A stretch of 63,820 nucleotides of DNA, counting the filler, from Craspedostauros australis (taxonomy: Eukaryota), in the NCBI GenBank assembly GCA_030167865.1. It is 11 parts of 11 records of this genome, joined end to end, with 100 filler letters (N's around TTAATTAATTAA, not from the genome) between each part and the next. Parts side by side here need not be neighbours in the genome. Positions count along the whole stretch, not along the records: positions 8,268 to 12,403 come from JALAGF010001505.1; positions 12,504 to 24,965 come from JALAGF010001506.1; 9 more parts are not named here. One strand, written 5' to 3'. Made by a program: the position numbers and the translations under genes. Of the stretch, positions 11,006-22,000 are shown one piece after another (position 1 is the stretch's first letter; every line of letters begins with the position of its first letter). The notes beneath the pieces were generated by a model that worked only from the letters and a program-made list of their open reading frames with translations, was not told where the DNA came from and made no database searches.

Positions 11006-11602
11006 AATCGTAAAGAAATATTTGCATATTGTGCAGACACTTCTTCAACCAACCATTGACCTCCATTCAAAACAAGAAGGCTAATAGAATGCATGAATAC
11101 GATTGACCAAGAGGTGCAAACCGAATCATCTCGAAATGCATGAATCTGATCGACCAAGAGGTGCAGACAGCAGAAGAGAGAGATAGCTCAAGTAATCATA
11201 ATTTTTGGAATCACATCATCAACAACAACCTCAATCGTATCAAGTACAAAATCAATCGTAGAAAAAAAATACAACTTCAATCGTACGCCGGCATAAGGCA
11301 AGAACACAGCCAAGGGATCTCGACCCACGGTACATGGGCTACACAACCCATACACATTGTCACTCAGGACACCACAGGAGATCCTCCCCGCAGGGAAGAA
11401 CCATAGTACTAATCTCATAATCCGCACGTTTCTTCACCTTCTACCAGTATTCTCAATTGACTACTTGTGGAACAGAAGACTCACGTTTGGACCGCTTGCC
11501 AATCAAGCCTCTGCCCTACAGCTAACAACAGCCAACAAGACAACAGCCATCACGTTTGGGCTCTATTAGAGCATGCGGATGCAGAGAGGCAACTGAAGAT
11601 AC

Positions 11603-11761
11603 GAATCTCCAGTCTTGCTTCAACTTGCTGTTCAGTCATGTCCATCATCGACACACTCACATTTCGTGTGGGTGGGGTGGTTGGCTGCAAAACAATGTCA
11701 AGGATTGCGCAGTGGCGGTCGGCATGCTGAGGCTGCTGCCTTGTCTAGGCTTTGGATCAGT
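11603..11761 (+). repeat. Dispersed repeat, copy A (copy B at 63650-63808)
   Basis: Ungapped 159-bp alignment with about 30 mismatches by manual count (~81% identity), same orientation. Confidence 0.9.
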
Positions 11762-12503
11762 GGAAGGCATGTGGAGAGCTGTGAATGCATTGGTTGGCAG
11801 GCTGCATGCTCCATGCTACCCACAGGTGGTACACCCCAATGTGGCCTTTACCCTCACCCTTAACTTGACCTGCACTCTGCGTTGTTCTCAGTTCTGCTGC
11901 CGTTCATGGCTGGACAGGTTGAGCTTTGTCCACTTCCCAATCAGCACACACTACCTCCCAGTCTATTCTGCAGTTTCATACAAGCTTCAGCTCTATTCTA
12001 TTAGCTCAAACTAGTATTCCCATTAGTCGTCTTAAGATTTAGTCTAGTTAGTCAAATGCCCGACTGCTCAGAATGTTTGAGCGGGATTGAAGCGTGACTC
12101 GATGTCGGTGGGATGGGGTCCCACGGGGTCTCTCCCCACGAATCGTGCTCTACTTATGACGATGTCGCGTGTCCGCTGAATTTGGGTTTGGGCGATCGTG
12201 CCATCCCACGCCACTTATGGGCGTGACATGACCTGTCCTGGATGGACAAACGTACCAGACCGTTGAATGAACATCATTCCCCAAAAGTGATCGGAAGAGA
12301 GTGAACAACAAACTCTCTCTCCGACCATCACGAAATTGATGTCTCCTCTCTCGAATGGCAACATCGGCACCGCGATGATTGCACGTGGGAGACTCAACGC
12401 TCCNNNNNNNNNNNNNNNNNNNNNNNNNNNNNNNNNNNNNNNNNNNNTTAATTAATTAANNNNNNNNNNNNNNNNNNNNNNNNNNNNNNNNNNNNNNNNN
12501 NNN

Positions 12504-13530
12504 GGCTGGTGCTATTGTCACAAGACATGTTCGATGAGGCCTTGTTCATCGTCACATTCGAAGGATTGGTGTTGGTGCTTGGTCGTTGCTGAAGCTTCTC
12601 ATCGGACGCAAATGCCTGCCTCACACAGACACGCATGCGCTCCAACTCCTCCTTGGATCCGTTGTGGAGCTGTCTGGAGAAGTCGTTGAGTGCTTGCACA
12701 ATTGCGGAGAACGGATCGCTGCCGCCGGTGCACTCATCGTACTTTCCCCGCAGGACGTAGCAGCACGAGCAGCATGTGAGGTCATGTCTTGGAGGCCGCC
12801 CTGCCTCACCCGTCTCATCCCCGCTGCCTTCTTGAACTCCCGCATGGTGGATGCAAGTGCAAGACTCTTGCAAGAATTGGTCGACAAGCCGCGACTTTCC
12901 TGTTCCACTGACTCCCCAGACCAGCACTGCCGGTAGCAGCTTGTCTCTCTCGAGGTCCGTTCCCAGCGATGATGCTGTTGTCGAAGGTATCGTCGCAGTA
13001 TCCATTTCCTTCGTGCTCGTGCCACGACTCTGGTTAGAGCCGGAGAAGGGCGTCGTCTTGTTCTCATCGTCATCATTGTCATCGTCATCATTGGGCTGTT
13101 GTCTTCTGTGGAAGGTTGTTCCATGGATGATGCAATCTCGGATTTGATGGAGCTTCTTGAGCTCTTTTTGCATGCCAAAGAAGATATTTGGCGAAGACGA
13201 AGGCACTCCTGCCGCTGGAGACGGGCTCTCATCGTCGTCATCGCCGCTGGCAGTACCGTGCTGGCCATCAACGTGACCACCACCCATGGTATCCTCCGTG
13301 CAACCGCCAAGCCTTCCCACGTGAGTAGAAAGGCCAGGAACCGATCCCGCAATCATGGTGGTTGGCAGCTCTGCAGCGTTCTGCTCCTCCTCCGTGTACC
13401 CATCATCGTAGAACTCGCGGCCTGACGAGAAGTTCGGTTTGTGATGATGCTGACGATGGCGATTGCAGTGCTGTTTGTTCTCATGTCCATGCATCTTCGA
13501 TGGGTCGTTCTGTTGAAGGACGTCCGTCAT
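12504..13530 (-). CDS. N-terminal fragment of a STAND-like AAA (AAA_16-type) P-loop ATPase, truncated by the contig end
   Basis: Low-complexity N-terminus, then FFGMQKELKKL, Walker A VLVWGVSGTGKSRL and YVLRGKYDE...DPFSAIVQAL, paralleling motifs in the 57864-61524 protein. Confidence 0.8.
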
Positions 13531-14813
13531 GGTGCTGTTGGTTGGTACTCCTGGAGTATGGTCAAAGGCGCCAGCGATGCTGATGGAGCTGATGGAGATA
13601 AATGTGTTGGTTCCGCTGTTGATACCTATGCTGCTGCCGTTTTGGTTTGGAAAGTGGAATGTGAGGACCCGATGTGTGGTACAAGTGGAGACTCGAGTAG
13701 ATCTCCGTGTTGGGTGTTGTTGGTTGGTGTTGTTGGTGGTACTGATGTGCGATGGTCGGGGTTGGTTCTGTGCAAGTCATGTTCAAAGTCTTCGCTTCGT
13801 TGCAGTGTTGGCGTGGGCGACATTCACCCCAAATGGGAGGAAGGCCACATGGCGACGGGTGGGGCTGTGTGTTGCCACCCGCGTCCACTGTCGTAGGCGC
13901 GACCTCCACCAAACCCAGGGGGGGACTCGCGTTTGATGCATGACCTGTGTGCTGGTTTGTGGCGACGCAACTTCGGCACACGTCAGAAGGAAGAAATGTC
14001 GAAGCCGATAAGCCATCAACAACCATCAATGTCATGACAGAGTTGCTTCCTCGCAACGACAAGGACCAAAAGGTCGCAATACACAACAATCACGACCAAT
14101 GAAGCTGTCAACGAACCAGTGCAAGACGAGGTGGCTCGTTGCGTGTCTGGTTTGATTCGCTTCTCCTTCTTGCTACTGTCTTTGTTGGGTCCTTTTTCAT
14201 GAATGAAGCCGCAAGGCAGGGTAATTGTCCATCACGCAATTGTACCTCTTTGGCGAGTTGTTCCATTGACGCGCACATTGGTCACGACGACTGCACAAGC
14301 TGCTTCTTGAGCGTGTGGGAGAACTTTGCTCCCTTCAAGTTGTGATATGATGCCGGTATTGAACCCGGAGGTACGATTACTTCGATGGAACAGCGGCACC
14401 AAAAGCGGGATTGGTCAACTATTTTCGCAAACGCGGTCTCCACGCCGCAACAAATGCTCTTTTTGCGTCCCGATGACGCATCAGAGACAAATGTGCCACT
14501 GGGCATCATGTTCGCATGCCGACAGTTGTTCTTGTCCGTTGTACTATGACAACGGACAAGTCGACCCGGACTTTGAAATGAGCCTCCTTTCTTTTTTCCT
14601 GGGATTTCCAACCCAAGCAAATATTCGTAATCCTCGTAGGTCTAAAACAAATAAATAGCCAATACATCTCTTTAGTTCGGTCCGATTTTAAGTTTTATGG
14701 ACCGATGGATGTGCATACTTTTGGATCTCTTTCGGGTTTCAGCCTTTTGCTTCCGACTACATCGATCCAACTTAATGTATTGCTGTTCTCTATTTCAGCG
14801 AGTTTGTTCCCAT

Positions 14814-15418
14814 TAGAGAGGTTTCGCATTGTTGCGATTTCCATCGAGAGGCCCCCAGGCGCCATGTCACATGCGACATGGTGCCAACAAGAGTTCTCAA
14901 GAATTTCTGGTTCTTGGAAGGACTGAAAGTAGTCCATCTAGTCACGCTTCAGATTCCACTCTGATTAGCATCTAGACATTTTATTCCTGGAAGTCTTTGG
15001 AGGACAATAAATAGAGATTTTGACACTGTAATATTGTAATGGTTGATGTTATCCTCTAATTTGATGATAGCATGGATATGGTTGTCAAATCTGTTGTGAG
15101 CTACGACAATACTAGTACTAGATTGTTTTCGAAGCAAGAAAGTGACTAGAGAAAACTGCGTTTGTAGACATCAATATCAGTTCTCTGATTGGATGAATGT
15201 ATATCTCCGCGTGGAAGTGATACATTTTTCCGGGACTCTCCCGATGGAAATCCACTCTCTCGATGGACATGATTTCCATTCGTGCAGCACGAATGGAAAT
15301 CACTTCCATCGAGCGAGGGGGTGATTTTCTCGCCACCCCCAGAAAAATGTCTCTATCAGGTTATGACTCCCTCGCGGGACTCTCTCGATGGAAATTTCAA
15401 CAATGCGAAACCTCTCTA
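14814..15418. mobile_element. 605-bp non-autonomous DNA transposon (MITE) with 37-bp terminal inverted repeats
   Basis: TAGAGAGGTTTCGCATTGTTGCGATTTCCATCGAGAG (14814-14850) is the reverse complement of 15382-15418 with 2 mismatches. AT-rich non-coding interior, subterminal CTCGATGGAAAT-like repeats, and a 16-bp-arm palindrome at 15270-15302. Confidence 0.85.
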
Positions 15419-15566
15419 TTTCGAATTGTTTTGTCTTTTTTGAGGTGTTCCGATGAAACGATCCAACAGTCCATCCACGATAGCACTAGTTGTAGAGTTG
15501 TGGGGGAAGCGGTGAGTACGCATTTACATCCATTCTGTCCTGTGCTTGCCTAATCCGTCATCGACG

Positions 15567-16123
15567 TCATGAAGCTTGATACGACATCATTAAACACCAA
15601 TAGTAATCGTCGATGAACCAAATGAAGGAATGAATCCATTTGGTGGATCTACCAAGTGCGGAGTTCATGAGACCATAGTGCTGAGAAGTGAAGTGGTATT
15701 GGTCTCTGATAGCATGCTCAAAATCATTGCTGATTGCATGCAAATGCAACTCCAGCTTGTCTTTGTAGCCAGTGTTTGCAACTGACCAGTCAGCAAAGTT
15801 CAGGATCTTGTCGAAGAAGGGTTGGGATGCGTTGACGGGACAGCTCACCCCAGGAGATAAGAAGAACAAAGGGATGGAATGGTCGAACGGCTCGATCGCT
15901 ATACCAACATTCCAGGATGATATCCCTGTCTTCTTGAGGATGGTGAGCATCTTGAGGTTGCTGCTGCCTGTCATGCGGCCCAAGATGTTCTGGAAGAGGA
16001 TGTGAACATCGACAAAGAAATCACTGTCAAAAATGGGGCACTCATTGTCAAGCCAAGCACATGCCTCAGGGAAGGAACCGAAGCCCAACCCACCAAAACG
16101 GATGCGATACTCGTGTTGGCAAG
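15567..16123 (-). pseudogene. Decayed coding fragment, probably from an older transposon ORF, interrupted by the LINE insertion
   Basis: Protein-like frame IRFGGLGFGSFPEACAWL...FVDVHILF...FFDKILNFADW...WFIDDYY. The target-site duplication shows the sequence originally continued at 24635 and beyond, where the frame is broken. Confidence 0.5.
16108..16123. repeat. Left target-site duplication of the LINE (TACTCGTGTTGGCAAG)
   Basis: Identical 16-mer at 24619-24634; its first 2 nt overlap the (TTA)n tail there. Confidence 0.95.
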
Positions 16124-16223
16124 ACAGTCTCGTGACCCTTCCCCTGTTGAAGACGTACGTAGATCTGGTACAAAAATCTTGTGTAGAGCACGTTAAACCA
16201 GTACTGGGAGCGAAAAGTCGACA

Positions 16224-18497
16224 ATGACGAAAACAAAACGAAGTGACCGTAGCCACAAAGCCGACACCATGGCCTCGATTCCCCCACCGCCACCGCGCAA
16301 GCCTACGGCGAGGTACCCTCTCCCACCTGTCCAAATCCCAGGTCCGAACGACCCGCAGGTCGCTGAGGACGAGGGAATGACCGGCGTAACCACACCCACC
16401 GCGACAAACTCCAGCACAACCAATAAAGAAGGCTGGCTGTGGAGTCACGCGCTGGAGCAGCAATGGCGAAAAATGCTCAAGGAACGCAACTTCGCTACGC
16501 GCCTGGTACAACCCTTTGTAACCCTCTTCGGAGAAGGAGACACCGTCCACGATGCTGCAAGATACATCAAAGGACTGGCAGGCAACCCGCCCCTCGTCAA
16601 AGCCGATCAATGGGTCGACATCTTCGAGAAAGCGATCTTACATAAGTTGGAGCCGGAGTACAACACGCGCACCATCGACCTCTACCTGCGCCTCATCAAG
16701 ACGGACAACCTGTTCACGTCCATGTGGAAGAGCGGGCAGCTGCAGGAGACTCACGAATCGGCTGGATGGGTTGCGGCTCGTCTGGTATTCATGAAGGACA
16801 AGCAGATCGACATCGACAACCTTGACGGAGAAAAGACGATCTCACCCAACCCGGCGCAAAAGAAGAAGCAAAAAACGAAGGAGACACTCTACCTGCGCAG
16901 AGAGGCGACGGAAAAAACCAGGAATTCGGTCAACAACGTACTGTCCGACTTTCACCGGACCTTCGTGGACCTCAGACTCCCGGCCCCTTGCGACGGAGCC
17001 AAGACAGCGCCAGCGCAAGCAATTGACAGCCTTAACGTCATTGTGGACTTCGTGTTTCAAAACGACGCCAACGCCAAATTCATGTCCTGGCACCACGGCA
17101 CCACCAGGCCCTGGTCGAAGCGAGACGGGAAATGGGAGTCTCGGGAAACAGTCAAGCTGTTCGTGGAGAACCTCTACGCAAGAACAGGTAACACCATCTT
17201 CACCCGCATCCTACTGGCACACAAGAAGGACTTCGAATCATTCAAAGATGACGGCACCCTTGTCGACGAAGGCATCAACATGAAGCGCTCAGCAATCCAG
17301 GAGAAAACCATCGTTTCCGCTGGTTGGCTCTTCGGGAGCCATAGCACAACCAACAATAAGGATTTGGCGGAGGTTCTTGGAGGACACAGCAAAGTCAAAG
17401 GAGTGATGGAGATCGAGATACGATTGAAGGAGATACGCCTCAAGTCAGGCCGACAAGTCAAGCGGAAAGAATTCAAAGACCGCCAGCGTGCGGCACACAT
17501 TATGTGTGGACATTCCAAAGCCAAAGAATGCTGAGCCGCGATGAAACGCATCTTCAATGCGAAAGGCGCCAACCTGGTCTTGGGCAAGCAACTACGATTC
17601 ATGCCGGACACCCTCGATCCACGATTCGTGCCCTCCCCAAAGAAGCTGCTCGGATTAGAGTACATGGCAAAAGCACAGCACCGCTTCGAAGCAAAAATGC
17701 TCACCCAAGGGGTGGAATCGGTACAAGAGCTCGACGTACCCATGTCAGTGTACCTCGTCTCCCTTCGAGAGGTGATCATGAATTTCCGGTCGTTTGCGAA
17801 TCCGGAATACGCCCTCTTTGTATCAGTTGACACCGACAGAGTCGACCCGTTCCGCACCAACTTCGTCTACCACGAGGAACGACAGGTTGAAGCACAGGAG
17901 GTGATCTCTAAACTCCCATTCTTGTGCCTCAAGCTTCTTGGCGGAAACTTCCATCACTGGTTCACCCCGTCAGGTTGGGCAGACACGGATAACTTCACGG
18001 AAGACTGGGTCACCGGCTTTGTCACAGGCATTGATGAAGATGAAGTGGACGAATACACAGAGATCGCGCAGAGTGTCCTGCACTCCGACATCGAGGCGAT
18101 GAGCTCAGTCCTCGCAGAAGACATGGGCTGGAAAGGGGCCGTAGACGACGAAGGTCGTGCCAAACGCATCCCGCTCTTGAAAATTGAGATCGATCTGGAC
18201 AATATCCCGAAAAACCAGACGGGCGACAACCACACAGTGGGATCCAACACCCTCGCCACATTCGCGGATATCTCTCTGCACCAGCAGGTCGAGTTTGCAG
18301 GGCATGCAATGTCCAAGACAACACGCGCCAAAGTAGCACGCCCAGATCAGTTCGCAAACGACCCAACAGCGCTGCATGACGTCGAGATGCCGGCGACAGC
18401 CGAAGACGGCACGATCGTGTTTCCATCAACGGTCCTATCCCCACTTCCAGAAGGAACGAACACAGGCAGCAAAGACGCCATGGATTCTTCGGAGTAG
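16224..18497 (+). pseudogene. LINE ORF1 (~757 codons) with one in-frame TGA at 17532-17534
   Basis: ORFs 16224-17534 and 17541-18497 are in the same frame, 6 nt apart; basic region with SAGWLFGSH; lies upstream of the pol ORF. Confidence 0.8.
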
Positions 18498-19064
18498 GAG
18501 AACGATCGGTAGACACCGGAGGAATCGGAAACCTCTTCACCCCACCTGGTCCAGAATCGACCAACGTATGTAATACACGAGAAAATCACAGTAAAAAAAA
18601 CAACAACGAGACACACGAAACACACGCAGACCAACCACGACAACAACATCCGCAACGCCGATAGCGCCAACGAGTAAGGTCCTGAAGACGACCATACGAA
18701 TAGCGCGGCGACGACGACAACGCCAACGACCAAGACAACGCCCACGCTTACGGCGACAGACGACACACACACGCACCATACCCAGCTGACTCTACAAATC
18801 AGACAACTACGCACGACGCAGGAACCAACCTCGCCTCGCCAACCACGAATTCCGACACACCAAGGGCCGCCAACCCAAACACACGAACACCACGCACACC
18901 ACCACAACAAACCTACACCACGACTGTCACCCACACTACCGACAGCCCTACCAACACTACCACACCTCACCACCCAAAGCCAACCAACTGGCACTATCAC
19001 TCAACACCCAAAGCACGTGACATCGACACGTCGCGCATCCTCAACTCTTCGGGCATCTACACGG

Positions 19065-22000
19065 ATGCGACAAGACATCATGGAATACCCACAGAAGCTC
19101 AAGCGGAAAGACACCATCCGGGTTGTCTTCCAGAATGTGGCGCAGATTCCCCTCAAAAAGTATCAAGAGAAGAACAACGCCATCTTCGAATTCATTCACC
19201 TGGAAGCAGTCGATATCATAGCGATGGCAGAGACGAACATCCGTTGGGACAATGTGTACGTCACAGACCAATGGAAGGAGCGCCTGCCCGCGCCCCTCAG
19301 GAAGGAGAAGTCAATCTTCGCCCACAATGCCCATGAGACACACCTGGAGCCGCAACAATACGGCGGCGCAGCCGTGTCAGCTTTCAACGAGCTGTCGCAC
19401 CGAGTCTGCGGCCAGGAGTCCGACCCCTCGGGCATGGGACGATGGTCCTCCCTTGCGTTTGAAGGAAAACAAGGCAAACGACTGCGAGTCGTGTCTGCCT
19501 ACCGGCCTTGCAAATCCGATCAAGGCGACCAGACGGTATGGGCGCAGCACACCCGAGCCCTACTGTCCGCTGGACGGGACATTGACCCAATACTCGCATG
19601 GCAAATCGATCTGGATAATGACATCAAGCGATGGAAGGAATCTGGCGAGACCATTGTGATCGGTGTGGACGTCAACGATGACGCGGTGGACGGACCTACC
19701 GCTCAAGCCATGTCAGACTGCGGACTGCCCAACGCCCTGTGGTCCTTCATGGGGGAAGGGGCACGCACTGCGACACAGCAGCGCAACCAGAAAGGCATTC
19801 CTATCGACGCGATATTTCTCTCTTCAGGAGCGCATATTGTGGACGGAGGATACTACGACTTCAGCGAGGCAATCCCGTCGGACCACAAGGCCTTATGGGT
19901 GGATCTTGACTTCCACGAGGTCCTCGGACACGGCACACAGCCCATTCCATCAAGGCAGCCCCGGAGGCTGCAGGTGCAGCATCCCAAGGTAGTGCAGAGA
20001 TGCAACGACTCACTGCTCGCGGAATACGCCAAACATGGAGTCACGAGACGAGCTCAGGTCCTCTTTGATATGGCGAAAGACCAGGGGGTGATGCTCAACG
20101 ATGCACAAACCTCCAGGTTGGATCGCCTTTTGACCCAAATCAACGAGATCAAGCGCAAGGCGGAACGCGACTGCCGCACCCTCAGGATGGGGGCAGTGGA
20201 GTGGTCCCCGGAACTCAGACATGCTCGCCTCAACATCCGTTTCTGGACCATGGAGGTGAAGGCACTGCACAAGGTGAAAGTGAGCTCATCCCTGCGAAAG
20301 CAACTCCGACAACAGACCGGGTTGACTCCGACACAGTCCCTGGACGCGGCATTGGATCATCGTTCGAAAGCATACAAAAAATACTACGCGCTGAAAGCTC
20401 AACACAAAGAGCTTCGGCAGGCGTATTTGGTCGAGCTGGCCCAGGCCAAGCAGACGGAGGGGCAGCTGGAGACTGAAAGTGCTTTGAGGCAACTTCAGAA
20501 TCGAGAAGCGCAACGGACGGAGGCCCGGCGTCTTCGCAGAGTGCTCGGAGCCGAGAACTCCCTGACAACGAAGGTTCTGTTCACGGACTCCGAGGGCACG
20601 ACACACAAGTGCACTGAGCCATCGCAAATCGCGGAGGCATGCATACGGGAGAACAAGCAACGATTCTCGCAGGCGGCAGCGGCACTGTGTCTCACAAGAC
20701 CCGGCAGAGGGTTCCTCAACAAGATCTGGTCTGCGGAAACGTCGCACCAGGTCCTCCACAGGAATGGCCCATCGGAGGAAGGGATGGATGAGATGCTCGT
20801 GGCTCTGCTTGAGGCGCTGAGCCCCATCTCCCCGAGCGCCGACCTGCTTTCAGTCGAGGATCACGCTAAAGCGTGGAGGAAGCAAACCGAGCGCGTCAGC
20901 TCTGAGCCTGCCAACCCTCACTTTGGACACTACAAGGCATCTTCCCAACACGCAGTACTCGCCGCAGTGGACATGCAGCTCCAGGAAATCCCTTACCAGT
21001 GCGCGATCTCCCCAAAGGAATGGAGGCGCATCACAGACGTGCAGATCCTGAAGAAAGCCCAAGTTTACAACATCGAGAAGATGCGGACCATCCAGCTCAT
21101 GGATGCACAGTTCAACCTCAACAACAAAAGGTTGGGGAGGGACATGATGGCCACGGCGGAAGCAAGTGGCTGGCTGTCCAAGTATCAATTCGGGAGCAGA
21201 AAAGGAATGTCAGCGATTGTAGCCGCGCTCAACAAGAGGCTCTCACTGGACATTGCCTATCAAAAAAAGGCCCCAGTGTTTTTTTGCTCCAACGATGCGA
21301 AATCCTGCTACGACAGGATTGTCCCAAACTTCGCGGCGACGGCCATGATGGCAGCGGGGGCCAACCCCAGCGTGGTCCGAAGCATGTTCAAGACCCTGCA
21401 GCAGGCCGAACATTTTGTCAGCACGGCGCACGGGGTCTCAAGCGCAAGCTACACAAAGGATCACGAGTGCCTCATGCACGGCATTGGACAAGGCAACGGC
21501 GCGGGTCCCGCCATCTGGGCGGTGATCAGCTCCGTGATGTTCCGAGCCATGCAAGCAAGAGGGCACGAGTCGACGCTCTGAGGGCCACTGAGCCTGTCCC
21601 CCATGAAGTTGCTTGGATCAGCGTTCGTGGACGATACGGACCTCATTCGTATCTCCGTGCCTGGTGAGACGCCTCAGGATGGCTTCAAGCGATTTCAAGG
21701 CATGATCGAGGACTGGAATGGACTGCTGGCAGCTACAGGCGGAGCCATTGTGCCCGGCAAGTCGGCCTGGTGGTCGGTTTGCTTCACCTTCCAAGCTGGA
21801 CAGTGGTGGGCAGAGGACTCTCACGCAAAGGGAACGATCAGAATCGATGATACCGACGGCGAAGGGGCGACCATCCCAAGGAGATGGCACACGGATCCGG
21901 TCGAAACCCTGGGTGTAGCCATCACGCTTGACGGGAACAACGACACTCAAGTGTCTACCCTGCGCAAGAAGTCCGAAGTCTTTGCGGAGAAGCTTCGAGT

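Noticed and set aside
16124..16223. Possible self-cleaving ribozyme in the LINE 5' UTR (TGAAGA...CGAAA...GTC)
   Set aside because: The hammerhead core is imperfect and stem II does not pair; no HDV-like fold was evident by eye. An Infernal search would settle it.
18347..19000. 217-aa Val/Gly/Trp/Cys-rich minus-strand ORF inside the LINE
   Set aside because: Shadow of the A/C-rich spacer on the plus strand; no domain features.
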